Assembly: GCA_028715345.1 (NCBI GenBank)
Contig: JAQUSB010000003.1
Location: forward strand, 2,004 to 66,003
DNA: 64,000 bases
Origin: Candidatus Omnitrophota bacterium
Lineage (GTDB): Bacteria > Omnitrophota > Gorgyraeia > 2-01-FULL-45-10
Direction: 5' to 3'
The position numbers were made by a program, and so were the translations under genes. How positions within the stretch are numbered: position 1 is the first letter of the stretch; each line of letters begins with the position of its first letter. The notes below the pieces were generated by a model. It was given only the letters and a program-made list of their open reading frames with translations, was not told the DNA's origin and did no database searches. Below, piece by piece: positions 17,407 through 27,580 of the stretch.

Positions 17407-19506
17407 TTATTCGAAGAAATTTTCGACTTTGAGGAGCTCTTCGGCTTTTTTGGCTATAGGGTCGGCGTGGAACCTTTTTCGTATCGCACCGTTATTGAGG
17501 TAATTGTTCATCGCGATGAATGACATCGCCTGGTCCAGGCACAGGTATTCTATCGCCACTTTTCCTGTCTTAACATTTATAGCGTCATAAAATCCGTATT
17601 CGCCGTACGCGTTATAGCGCGACAGCATTTCGCGTATATTTTTAACGGCTTCTTTAGGGATGAATTCAAGGGCGAGGAATGTGGCATGAGGAGTAACGAC
17701 TCCCGCCTTGTATCCTTTCATCCCCAGCGGTTTGGCGCCGTATTCCGAGTAACCGCCTTCCGGGACACAGGACGGGGACATCCCGAAGACCGGGTATTCC
17801 AGCTTCTCAAGCGCGTACTTAGCCTGGACCCTGGCGTGAACTTCGTCGTTTATGCCGAGCCCTTTCTTCGCCAGCCTTTTCTCGTCTATGATGATCGTCG
17901 GCATAAGCGCTTCGAACATACTGCCGCCCCAGCTCGGGATAAATTTCATGTCTTCATACGTATAGTATCCGCCGATAGTTTTACATCCGAGATAAACTTT
18001 CTCTTTTCTGTCTTTCGGCGTCTGTGTCTGCCAGAACCATGTCTCGGGGAATGTCCTGTCGAGCGCGAACCAATGCTCTTTAGGCACATCGCCTTTGCCT
18101 ATCGCTATATAACTTATCGCGCGCGGTTCTGTATAAAAAGCACCGTAGTGGTATTCGGAGTAATAATCTATATTCGTGTAAAAACCGTGATACATCTGCC
18201 GCTCCACCGGGTCATAGAAGAATGAGAAGTCCATAGGGTCTATGAGTTTCTGGCATCTCTGCCCCAGCTCTTTGGGAAAAGCGTTCTTCGCCACTATGAG
18301 CCCCGCGGCAAGCCACCCGGAATCGACGAACGATATGAAGTTGCTCGTCTCCTGGAATATGGTTACGTCGTAATAATTGTAAGGAAAGCCTTTATATTTT
18401 TTGAATTTTTCTATCGAGCCGATGGTCCGGCTGAGCCTCGCTACGGCATCTTCTTTCGTAATGAACCCGAGGTCATAAGCGGAAACAACGCACATCATAT
18501 AAACGCCGATATTGGTGACGTTGGTATAATCCCCTATCTTCGTATCTTTGGATACCGTCGCGGTTTCGCTGAATTGGATATTGTCAAGCGGCAGGCCGTA
18601 TTCTTTATCCGTGATAAGATCGAAATATTTCCAGGTGTCCCTGGCGATCTGCCTTATCAGCGCTTTGTCGTCCCTGGGGAATTCTTTCTTTACAAAAACT
18701 TTGGACGGAAAACCGCCGAGGCGTGTTATGAGAAATTTCGCGAACTCCTCCGCACCCGTCCCCTCGGCCGTCTTCTTTTTGCCGTGCATAACGACATCGT
18801 TTATGCTCGGCCCGGGGTTGCCGGTATTAACAAAAGCAAAGTCGTCGAAGTACAGCGTACCCTCGGACGAATCGACTCTGCGCTTCTCGAAGGTTATAAC
18901 CATCTCTCTTAAACCGGACCAGTCGTTTATGCCGTTCATCACATTGAGGGGGATCGATATCTTCTGCCACTTGTCCGTCACGCCCTTCACTATATAGCTT
19001 GCCTTTATCGTCTCCTCGCGCCCTTCGCTGTCCGGCTTATACTTACTGAATTCTATCTTGAACAGGGTCGGGAAACCCTTTTTCGCGTCGCCCTTGACCC
19101 AGAATTCGAAATGGTCGTATTTCGACGCGTCGAAATCCCTCAACTGCGTCCAGAATCCGTTAACGGCATTGGAGGGAGAATTTACATTGTATTCTATCTT
19201 CAGAGAAGAGCCTGCTTCCCCGCGCCTTACCAGGTTATCCAGGGCCGCCGTGACCCACTGGGATTTGTCTTCGGGATTACTTTCCCATGTGCCGGATTCT
19301 CCGTATAAATTATTGATAAGGCTGTCGCGGTCGAAATCCGCCACTACGGCGGAGGAAGGCGTTTTTGCCTGAGGCTGGGCTTTCGAAGGCGTTTCGGAGG
19401 AAACGGTCATGCCGGCGCTCATTATGAAAAATACCGCCAAGAGCAGAAGTATACGGAATGTTATTTTTTTGACCGGCATACGATCCCCCGCATTAGCTGA
19501 CTTCAT
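17407..19506 (-). CDS. Secreted protein: CBM-like N-terminal domain plus (alpha/alpha)6 glycoside-hydrolase-like domain (GH144/DUF3131-like, tentative)
   Basis: 699 aa with signal peptide. N-terminal domain is paralogous to the one in gene 29942. C-terminal helical barrel-like region with YGFYDA and LDQAM motifs. Confidence 0.45.
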   Translation of the reverse strand: MKSANAGDRMPVKKITFRILLLLAVFFIMSAGMTVSSETPSKAQPQAKTPSSAVVADFDRDSLINNLYGESGTWESNPEDKSQWVTAALDNLVRRGEAGSSLKIEYNVNSPSNAVNGFWTQLRDFDASKYDHFEFWVKGDAKKGFPTLFKIEFSKYKPDSEGREETIKASYIVKGVTDKWQKISIPLNVMNGINDWSGLREMVITFEKRRVDSSEGTLYFDDFAFVNTGNPGPSINDVVMHGKKKTAEGTGAEEFAKFLITRLGGFPSKVFVKKEFPRDDKALIRQIARDTWKYFDLITDKEYGLPLDNIQFSETATVSKDTKIGDYTNVTNIGVYMMCVVSAYDLGFITKEDAVARLSRTIGSIEKFKKYKGFPYNYYDVTIFQETSNFISFVDSGWLAAGLIVAKNAFPKELGQRCQKLIDPMDFSFFYDPVERQMYHGFYTNIDYYSEYHYGAFYTEPRAISYIAIGKGDVPKEHWFALDRTFPETWFWQTQTPKDRKEKVYLGCKTIGGYYTYEDMKFIPSWGGSMFEALMPTIIIDEKRLAKKGLGINDEVHARVQAKYALEKLEYPVFGMSPSCVPEGGYSEYGAKPLGMKGYKAGVVTPHATFLALEFIPKEAVKNIREMLSRYNAYGEYGFYDAINVKTGKVAIEYLCLDQAMSFIAMNNYLNNGAIRKRFHADPIAKKAEELLKVENFFE

Positions 19507-19577
19507 TCTACCCTAAACAAAACCCCTCCGCAAGTATTTTACTCGCCGAGGGGTTTCATTTTTGTCTATTCTCGCTA

Positions 19578-22500
19578 TTAACCGGGCCGCAGGACTTTTA
19601 TCGGGCTCTTCGTTATGTCTCTTTGAATGCGGCTTATTTTAAGTTCGCCCCTCGGTTTATCTATATCGTCCGGCAGGACCAATTTGTTCTTGGCCAGGGA
19701 AGCTCCTAAAACGCCTTCCATAGCCTGGCGCAGCATCCAGCCTGCCGCACCCGTATAGCCGTGCCATATCATGCGCCCCTGGTCGAATGTGGTCAGGATG
19801 TCGGCCGATTGTTTATTAGGCTGCCCGCCGTACAGCTCCACCTCTTTTACGCGCGGTATCGGCGAAACTTTGAGCCACAGCCTGTACGAAGTCTTTCTAT
19901 ATTCATCGGCTTTGGCGCGGTCGCCTCTGCGGTCGAATTCTTCGGCGATAAGGCGCGCCGCCCTTACAAGCCACTGGACTCCGTGGCAATACATACCGTT
20001 CTCGCGCACGCCTTCCGGATATTTGCTGCTCCTGCCGAGATACGGCTTGGTGTCTTCGCGCAGGGCCGGCCACCCGAGGAGGATAGCGTTCTCCCTCTCC
20101 AGGACGTCCAGCGCCGTATTGAATACCGTCAGGCCCCTTTCGAAATTGATGCCTGCTTTCACCGCCCACGACGCCGTCAGCGCGTCTATCTCCCAGACGC
20201 CGCTTCCTTTTATGCCTATCTCCGTGCCGTCGTCATGGAACGCGCGCAAATACCTGTCGCCTCTCCACGTCTTCTCGAGGCTTGTTTTAAGATCTTCCAT
20301 CCTCTTTACGTAATACGCTTTTTTCTCCTTGCCTTCCTTCATCTCTATGATATTGACCATCTCTTTCAGGATATAATAAAGGAAGAAGCCGAGCCATACG
20401 CTCTCGCCCTTGCCTTCGCTTCCTATCTCGTCGAGCCCGTCGTTCCAATCGCCCGTCTGGATAAGCGGCAGCCCGTTCTTGCCGGTCCTGTCCTTTAAGA
20501 TGAGGTCTACGGACTTCATGCAGTGCTTGTATATGGTGTCGGATCTCGTCGTCCTGTGGTACAGATGCCCCCAGCCCTGCTTGTTCTTCGGGAGCTTCGC
20601 GAACGGGAATTGCGATATGACGTACGAGGCCATCTCGTCGAGTATCGACGTATCGCCCGTCGTCCTTATATATTCGACAACGCCCCAGACAAGCCATACA
20701 GGATTGTCGGAAGCGTGGGACCTGCATGAGAACGCAGTCCGTCCGTCCGTCAACGTAAAGAACCAGTGGAAGACGTCGCCTTCGATGAACTGCTGGGAGG
20801 CGTGCAGTATTATCTGCTTGCGCGCCAGCGCCGGATCGACCCATATGAGGTTGACGGTATCCTGCAGCTGGTCCCTGAAACCGTAAGCGCCGCTCGTCTG
20901 GTAGAACCCGCGCCTCGCCCATATACGTTCGGCAAGGGCCTGGTACTTCAGCCAGTCCTGGTAGCGGTCGAATTCGGGCTTGTTCGTTTCGACTTTGAGC
21001 GTATCCATAAGGCCGAGCCACCACTTCTTTGTCTGGGCCAGGCTCTTACGTACCTCGTCCACGTTCTTATATTTTCTGATTATTTTATCCGCTTCTTTCC
21101 TGTCGTCGCATTGGCCCATTACGACCGACATGGTATGCTCTCCGTGCGCGGGTATAGTGACCTCCTCCAGGAACGCGGCCACCTGCGAAATATCGCCGAA
21201 ACATTTCCTGTCGGATGAGCCTTCTTTTACCATATACGGGCGCACGACATCGCCGCCGCATCCGAAGAACTTGCCGCGGCTCGTTTCGACCGCAGGCGAC
21301 TTCATAGAAGTGGAAACGAACGCCCATCCTGAGCGGAAAATGTTACGGGGGTTATTGAAGAATAACGACCCGGTCGACCTTTGATATTTCATCATCAGCG
21401 GGCCGGCCCGTTCGGGCTGGAATCCCAGCACCATCTGGAAATACGGGACAATGCGCAATTTCTTGTCGCGGTCCGAATTATTCTTCACCGTGAGCAGATA
21501 TAAACCTGCAGGGTCGTCCGGCGGGACAAATACCGTAAGCTCAGTCGAAACAGAACCGCGGGCCATACGGAAGATAGCGGTCCCGTCGACGCTGAACTCG
21601 GATTCGCATCGGGCGCTCTTATCGCGGAGCGGCAGATACGTCGGCGAGTACCAGTCGTTGCCGTCCGGGTCGTACAGGTAGAACGCTTCCGTCGGTATCT
21701 CTTTTGTGACTATGTCCGGCCAGTCGGGCGTCAGCCTGTTCTGCTGTGAATTACCGTTAGAGGACGTGTGAAGCCCCCTGTTCGTGACCATGATCGAATG
21801 GACTGCGTTAGATACGGCATGGTCGATAGGGCGCGGCGTGAAGGGCGTATGGACGACCAGTTTTTTGCCGTCCTGGCTGAACGTGGAATACGGCTGCGGC
21901 GTCCCCGGGGGGATCTCGCCGTGGCCGATAAGGACAGACGCTTTTTTGGCCGCAGCGGCCGCTTTCGCTTTGGGCGCGGCGCTCTGGGGCTTCAGATGTT
22001 GGGCGATCAATTCGAGAGCCGTCTTCTTATTTTTCGTAAACCCTATCATGAAGCGTACCTTCACTGAAGCCTTCGGAGCGATCTGTGCATTGACTGCAAG
22101 GCTTCCTATAGGATCGAATGTCGGATACGGGTTCGTATCGCGCGCCGTCAGGAAATTGAGCGTCTCGAGTATTCGCGGCGACCAGATACTGCGCACGCGG
22201 CCGATGAAATCGACTCGTGAAGTGAGGAACCCTTCCGGCGCGGCATCGCTGGCCAGGATACCCATCGTCTTCGCGCTCTTCTGGTACGCGAGCACGGCGT
22301 TGGAAGAACTTACGTATTCCATCTCCGGATATAACCTGGCGTATTGCGTATGGAACCTGTCATGGATACCGCCGACAAGCACCCATTCAAGGTACGGGAC
22401 CACTTTAAGTTCCCTCGCCTTGTCCGTGGTATTTTCGAGAGTGACTTCCCATATCTCGGCGTTGCTTTCTTTATCCGGCAGGCTTATCTTTATATTCGTC

Positions 22501-25500
22501 CGGATGCCTTTACTGGTATTTGCCACCCTGAAAGAATCACCGCGTTTTTCTATCTTAGACGCGTCAAATTTGCCTTTCGGGAAATTTCCCACGACGGGCC
22601 AGAACCTCTTATCGCTCTCGGGCTTTTCCGCCTTATCTACGAGGAATAATATCCTGCCGCAGGGATCCATAGGGTCATACGCGCGCCTTGTAACGTCGCA
22701 TTCCTTATGAATACCTTCGCTGAATATTTCTCCGTTGTCCCTGATGATGACCCTGTATTCCCTGTTCGCGAGCTCATGGCTTTCCACGGTGCGCGATCTT
22801 TTCCTGTGATGGAGCGCGCGCAGGATAACAGAGAAGACGGTGCATGCTATAACGGCCGCGATAATGACCGCCGTTTTTTCGAATACAGGCATCGACTGGA
22901 ACGTCGCGATCAGGCCCGGTTTATTCATAGCGGCGTTCTGCATCGCTATGGAAGTGTTCCAGACCTTGTCCCATTCGTTGCCGCGGGGAATATAAAAAGG
23001 TATCAGGAGCGGCGCCCATGTAGCGAACCTTTTCACCGCGTCCGGTATATAACGCTGGGCGGCGGCAGGGCCGATGAAACGCGCTATGCGTTCGTCGAGC
23101 CTGTCGAGGCCGAGGAAGCTCAAATTAACGAGAGTGGCGACGCGCAGCCCCATATGGTCCATCCATATGAGCACCCTGAAGAAATCGCACGCCATTATCC
23201 AGATGAAGACCTGCAGGCTCCACGCGCGGAACGCTTCGGGCGACATCGTGATGTTATTGAATATCGCGAATCCCGTGCGGATAGCGCCGTCCTGGTTATA
23301 CCACGTGGGATCGGGCATCATGCGAAGGCCGGTAAATATGATCGGCGACATCCAGAGGCCCCATCTCAATACATATATCATGTGCTCGACAAGCTGGGCA
23401 AAGCCCGCCTTCGAAAAGAAAAATTTTATCGGGGTCTTGTCTTTTTCGAAGTATGCCTGCATGAATACTTTATTTATAGCGAACAGCCACGCGGCTATCG
23501 ACCAGTTAATGACACCTGCCAGGGATTCCGTGTATATAAGCTTTACGCCCCCGGTGTAAGTGCCGAGGTCGATACGGCCCCACTTGTTAACGAGCGGGTA
23601 TGTGACGTAATTGACGGCTTCGAAGCCGGAGCTTACATATAATTTGAACTTCTCGACGATCACAGGCACCTGCAGCGCGTCCATATAGAAGGCCGCGGCG
23701 CTGCCGATAAAAGCTCCGAGTACGGAATCGACGAAATACAGCTTCCAGGTATGGACGCGGCCCGTACCTTTGAAAGCGTAAAAAGCATCTCTTAAAAAAC
23801 TGACGCCGCCTGACGACAGGATGCCTATAATGAGGCCGAACACTATCCTGTTCGGCATCGCAAGAGTTATCATATTCTTACTCATCGCGTAGCTGAACCC
23901 GAACCCTACTATAGCGCCCCTGGCGTATAACGAAAGATCCCGGTAACTATAACGCGTCCTCTCAAAGAACGGCAGGCTGCCGTCGAACGATTCTATGATC
24001 GTCTTGAGGAACGGGAATATCAGGGCGCCTGCGATGATGCCTATCAGCATAGGGACCGAGCCCATCACTTTCTGGGATACGGGTGAAGCGATAATCATAT
24101 TCAGGACAAAGAGTATACCCATCACTATAGCGCTGAAGGCCATACCCTTCTTCATACCGCCGTTAACGTGTTTTAAGAGAGTTTCCCCGGACGGAGCGAT
24201 AAGCTTGCCGCTATCTAAAAGCATACCGGTGATAAGGTAAACTTCGGCCCAAAGGCCGCCGAAGGAAAGCATGCTCGTAATGATGCAGGCGACTGCTTTT
24301 AACGCCGCAGGCAGTGAAGCAACGGCCGCGGTGGAGCCGAAATCGGCGATCAGCGGGGCCACAACAACGCCCATCGATACGAGAAAGACCGACAGGTGCG
24401 CTCTAAAAGTCTTCAAAGGCCTCTCTCTTATGGAGATGCCTATCCCGTTAGCAACGGCTTCATTGAATCCGAATATGATGATAAGCCTGCCGACATTTTC
24501 GGTAATTATAGACCAGTATTTCCATATGCCCAATGTAAGGGCATTGCCCAAAGTATGAAGGAGGCCGGGGCTTTCCACTAAAAGAAGCCAGTTGAATAGA
24601 TACGGCACTCCGGCTATCAATATAGAAGATATCGGCCTAAGCTGTTTGCCCGAAGAGGCAAGCGACCTGGCGTTCGCGGCGTGGTAAATTATAAAGGTAA
24701 GGGCGGCAACGGTGTTGCTGAAAGTCAAAAGCTGGACCCATGAAGAAGGCGGCTGTAAAAGCTCCATCCTGCTCGATGCGGCGGCCAAAAATCCCGAAAC
24801 TAGGACATTACGCAATGTCTCGGCGCCTGTGAGGCTTTTCCCGGTAAGCCCGTATTTGAGTATCTGCGCTATACCTGCGCCCAGCAGCGCCACTATGACG
24901 AAATTCACCCCAAGCCCGGCGTCGAGGGCGCCTTTTATCCCCATAGCGTAAACGCTTATGCCGGTTCCGAGTATCAATACCGCCGACACGCCGTAAAGAA
25001 GATCTCGTTTAATGCCCGACACAGGCGAACCATCTTCTTTCTTACGCGCAGATATCCTGCCGAATAAAGCCATTATCAACGCGGCAAGAAAACCGACTAA
25101 TAAGACTATAGAAACTTTTATCAGGGCAAGGTACTTCTGCAAAAATGACATTTTGAAAAATTCAAGATCGAAATATAATATGCCTTCGAGTTTTTTATTC
25201 GGGTCGAGCGGGCTTACCACAAATACGACTTCATTGAGCGGCCCTATCCTGTCCCAATCCACCGCTTCATTTATATAACTCCAGTCTTTGGTAAGGCGCA
25301 TCGGTATGGCCTGCATAGTACCCTTGCCTTTTATCTCGAGCTTAACGGATACCTGTTTCAGCTGTTCGGGAGTAGACGCTTTTACGCTGGCCCTGACGGC
25401 ATCGACCATTTTCGGGCTGAATCTGGAAGGAAAGCTTTTTGTCCACACTCCGGCAATAGCGCCGCCGTATATCGTGTAATCGAACTTCAGGATGTTCTTA

Positions 25501-25709
25501 TCTATCAATTCTTCGCGTTCGCCCGTCACGTCGCCCATGGCAGGGCCCATATTGAACATGCCTTTTTCGCCCGCTTCGAGGATGCTGAAACCCGTAGGAT
25601 CGTTAACAACGGAAGGGCGTTTCTCGGCTGCGCAGGCGGAAGATGTAAATATTCCCGCCGCTATGATAAGGACAGACAGGGCCTGCAATATTCTTCTGCG
25701 TTCGATCAT
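19578..25709 (-). CDS. Giant membrane protein: N-terminal periplasmic domain, about 20 transmembrane helices, and C-terminal GH94 phosphorylase/glucanase-like catalytic domain
   Basis: 2043 aa. GH94 hallmarks in the C-terminal third: YQTSGAYGFRDQLQD (DNA about 20856-20900) and TGDWNDG (about 20441-20465). Two beta-sandwich GH94 N-domain-like segments. Residues about 200-1000 are continuously hydrophobic. No GT-A/GT84 DxD domain recognised. Confidence 0.6.
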   Translation of the reverse strand: MIERRRILQALSVLIIAAGIFTSSACAAEKRPSVVNDPTGFSILEAGEKGMFNMGPAMGDVTGEREELIDKNILKFDYTIYGGAIAGVWTKSFPSRFSPKMVDAVRASVKASTPEQLKQVSVKLEIKGKGTMQAIPMRLTKDWSYINEAVDWDRIGPLNEVVFVVSPLDPNKKLEGILYFDLEFFKMSFLQKYLALIKVSIVLLVGFLAALIMALFGRISARKKEDGSPVSGIKRDLLYGVSAVLILGTGISVYAMGIKGALDAGLGVNFVIVALLGAGIAQILKYGLTGKSLTGAETLRNVLVSGFLAAASSRMELLQPPSSWVQLLTFSNTVAALTFIIYHAANARSLASSGKQLRPISSILIAGVPYLFNWLLLVESPGLLHTLGNALTLGIWKYWSIITENVGRLIIIFGFNEAVANGIGISIRERPLKTFRAHLSVFLVSMGVVVAPLIADFGSTAAVASLPAALKAVACIITSMLSFGGLWAEVYLITGMLLDSGKLIAPSGETLLKHVNGGMKKGMAFSAIVMGILFVLNMIIASPVSQKVMGSVPMLIGIIAGALIFPFLKTIIESFDGSLPFFERTRYSYRDLSLYARGAIVGFGFSYAMSKNMITLAMPNRIVFGLIIGILSSGGVSFLRDAFYAFKGTGRVHTWKLYFVDSVLGAFIGSAAAFYMDALQVPVIVEKFKLYVSSGFEAVNYVTYPLVNKWGRIDLGTYTGGVKLIYTESLAGVINWSIAAWLFAINKVFMQAYFEKDKTPIKFFFSKAGFAQLVEHMIYVLRWGLWMSPIIFTGLRMMPDPTWYNQDGAIRTGFAIFNNITMSPEAFRAWSLQVFIWIMACDFFRVLIWMDHMGLRVATLVNLSFLGLDRLDERIARFIGPAAAQRYIPDAVKRFATWAPLLIPFYIPRGNEWDKVWNTSIAMQNAAMNKPGLIATFQSMPVFEKTAVIIAAVIACTVFSVILRALHHRKRSRTVESHELANREYRVIIRDNGEIFSEGIHKECDVTRRAYDPMDPCGRILFLVDKAEKPESDKRFWPVVGNFPKGKFDASKIEKRGDSFRVANTSKGIRTNIKISLPDKESNAEIWEVTLENTTDKARELKVVPYLEWVLVGGIHDRFHTQYARLYPEMEYVSSSNAVLAYQKSAKTMGILASDAAPEGFLTSRVDFIGRVRSIWSPRILETLNFLTARDTNPYPTFDPIGSLAVNAQIAPKASVKVRFMIGFTKNKKTALELIAQHLKPQSAAPKAKAAAAAKKASVLIGHGEIPPGTPQPYSTFSQDGKKLVVHTPFTPRPIDHAVSNAVHSIMVTNRGLHTSSNGNSQQNRLTPDWPDIVTKEIPTEAFYLYDPDGNDWYSPTYLPLRDKSARCESEFSVDGTAIFRMARGSVSTELTVFVPPDDPAGLYLLTVKNNSDRDKKLRIVPYFQMVLGFQPERAGPLMMKYQRSTGSLFFNNPRNIFRSGWAFVSTSMKSPAVETSRGKFFGCGGDVVRPYMVKEGSSDRKCFGDISQVAAFLEEVTIPAHGEHTMSVVMGQCDDRKEADKIIRKYKNVDEVRKSLAQTKKWWLGLMDTLKVETNKPEFDRYQDWLKYQALAERIWARRGFYQTSGAYGFRDQLQDTVNLIWVDPALARKQIILHASQQFIEGDVFHWFFTLTDGRTAFSCRSHASDNPVWLVWGVVEYIRTTGDTSILDEMASYVISQFPFAKLPKNKQGWGHLYHRTTRSDTIYKHCMKSVDLILKDRTGKNGLPLIQTGDWNDGLDEIGSEGKGESVWLGFFLYYILKEMVNIIEMKEGKEKKAYYVKRMEDLKTSLEKTWRGDRYLRAFHDDGTEIGIKGSGVWEIDALTASWAVKAGINFERGLTVFNTALDVLERENAILLGWPALREDTKPYLGRSSKYPEGVRENGMYCHGVQWLVRAARLIAEEFDRRGDRAKADEYRKTSYRLWLKVSPIPRVKEVELYGGQPNKQSADILTTFDQGRMIWHGYTGAAGWMLRQAMEGVLGASLAKNKLVLPDDIDKPRGELKISRIQRDITKSPIKVLRPG

Positions 25710-25738
25710 AAAATAACTCCCGTATTTATCTTGCTTTT

Positions 25739-27568
25739 CTAGGACGTCTCTTTAACGTTAATTATCATATTCACTTCTTCTACGGAATCTTTCCTTATAC
25801 CTTTATCGGGCATGCGTACAAGGCCCAGGTCGTCGACGGATATCGACACTTTATAGGCGCCGGGCTCATTGGGCGCCTGCCAGACCTTATCCCTGGTCTG
25901 CCTTTCATCCGCGAACTTACCGGCATCGCTCTTCCATTGAAGTAAAAGCAGGTCCTTTTCGCTCTCCTCTTTCACTTTTTTAGGAAGCCTGCTAAGGTCG
26001 GTCTTGTCCTGCAGATATTCGGCGAACTTGTCTTCTTCGGCGAGGGTAGCCATAGTAAACCTTATCCTGGCGCCCGGCTGTACCGTTATCTGCGGGTCCC
26101 CCGCTTCCGTATATGTCACTTCCAATTTTTTATCTTCGCCTTTACCTCCGCCTTTAAGCCACGCGCTCGCGTCGCCGGCCTCCATCGGGATCATTTCCAG
26201 GGTTATCGGTTTGGCCGGCTCCCACATCCTGTACATATCTTTAGAGCCGAAAGTGAAGGAAGGGCTGCTGCCGTTCTTTATATCTTTGATATCGGCGGTT
26301 ATGATGTCCGCGGTATATGAATAAGCGCTGTTTATATTTATTTTTTTCAGGATTTCCAGCGCCTTATCGTATTCTTTGTCGGCGTAATACTCGAGAGCTA
26401 TCAGCGTATAGGCAAGATCGCCTATATTCTTCCTGTAATAATTTTTTACCAGTTCCTGCAGACCGTTCAATGCGGTATCTTTCGGGAAGTCCGAGAAATA
26501 CAGGCGGCACAAGGTCTCGAACGCCCGGTCGAACCAGACGCTGTTCTGGTAATTCTTAAGAAAACCCTCCAGATTCTCCACCGCTTTGGCGTAATTTTTT
26601 TCGTAATAGTAGCAGAGGGCCATTTTGTATTTGCAGTAATCCATCACCTTCGAGTCCGGGTAGTCCCGCTCGAAAGCTTCGTAATAATTCCTCGCTTCCC
26701 TGAACCTGTTGGCGCCGAAATATTTTTCCGCTATCTCCATCAGCTTGGCCGCCATGATATCTTTACCGAGGTAGGCCTGACCTGCGTTTATGTATGTGTC
26801 GTATATCGACGCGGCCGATTTCATATTGCCCTGGGCGAAATTCTTATCCCCGTCCTTCTTTATATCCTCCAATATGTCCTGCGCCGCCTTGGGGTCGACT
26901 TTCTGGGAATACGCTATCTTCAGCTTGAGCGCGTAATCGCCCATACCTTTGGCGTTGAATTGCTCGGCCATTTTGTTAAGCCGTCTCTTATTCAGAGCGT
27001 CGTCGTTGGAATATTTGGATATCTTTTCGGCTATTTCATTCAAAAACGCCTCGGTCTTCTGCGGCTGGAACTGTTCTTTTGTCACTAAAAACTTGAGGAA
27101 ATACAGATCGAGCATCAGGTCTTTCGATTTAGCGCTCGCAAGTCCTTTGTCTATATATTCGCTCGCCTCGCTGCGGTATCTCTCGCTCAGCATCATATAA
27201 AGCCTGCCGGAATCTATGTCGTTCTTCCGCGAAAGGAACGCCAGCTCGTCCAGCCTGGCTTTCGCTATAGCGTAATATAACGCTTCGGTATATTTGAAAC
27301 CCGGTTTGTCGGCCACCATGCCTTTTATGCCGTCCGCGAACCTTTCGAAATCATCGGCGGCGGCGCATTTGGCGATAGCCTCTTCGGCTATCTTTATTAT
27401 GGCGGCATCTGAATCCGCGCGCGCTATACGCGAAAAATCGTTGTCGAATTTCACCGGCTGGGGCGCGGCGGCTTCTGCCGGCTGCACTGCCTCATCGGCG
27501 AAAGACGGGGAAAAGTTAAGGAGAACGGCGCAACCCATCAAAACCAATATCGATATTGTTTTTTTCAC
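25739..27568 (-). CDS. Secreted tetratricopeptide-repeat (TPR) protein
   Basis: 609 aa with signal peptide. Repeated Y/A/L-rich helical pairs typical of TPR. Confidence 0.55.
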   Translation of the reverse strand: MKKTISILVLMGCAVLLNFSPSFADEAVQPAEAAAPQPVKFDNDFSRIARADSDAAIIKIAEEAIAKCAAADDFERFADGIKGMVADKPGFKYTEALYYAIAKARLDELAFLSRKNDIDSGRLYMMLSERYRSEASEYIDKGLASAKSKDLMLDLYFLKFLVTKEQFQPQKTEAFLNEIAEKISKYSNDDALNKRRLNKMAEQFNAKGMGDYALKLKIAYSQKVDPKAAQDILEDIKKDGDKNFAQGNMKSAASIYDTYINAGQAYLGKDIMAAKLMEIAEKYFGANRFREARNYYEAFERDYPDSKVMDYCKYKMALCYYYEKNYAKAVENLEGFLKNYQNSVWFDRAFETLCRLYFSDFPKDTALNGLQELVKNYYRKNIGDLAYTLIALEYYADKEYDKALEILKKININSAYSYTADIITADIKDIKNGSSPSFTFGSKDMYRMWEPAKPITLEMIPMEAGDASAWLKGGGKGEDKKLEVTYTEAGDPQITVQPGARIRFTMATLAEEDKFAEYLQDKTDLSRLPKKVKEESEKDLLLLQWKSDAGKFADERQTRDKVWQAPNEPGAYKVSISVDDLGLVRMPDKGIRKDSVEEVNMIINVKETS

Positions 27569-27580
27569 CTGTACGCTCCT

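Noticed and set aside
19578-25709. Calling the 2043-aa protein a cyclic beta-1,2-glucan synthase (Cgs/NdvB).
   Set aside because: GH94 motifs are present, but no GT84/GT-A DxD domain is visible. The N-terminus is a signal peptide plus periplasmic domain rather than the cytoplasmic Cgs N-domain. It is therefore kept as a GH94-membrane fusion of unknown activity.
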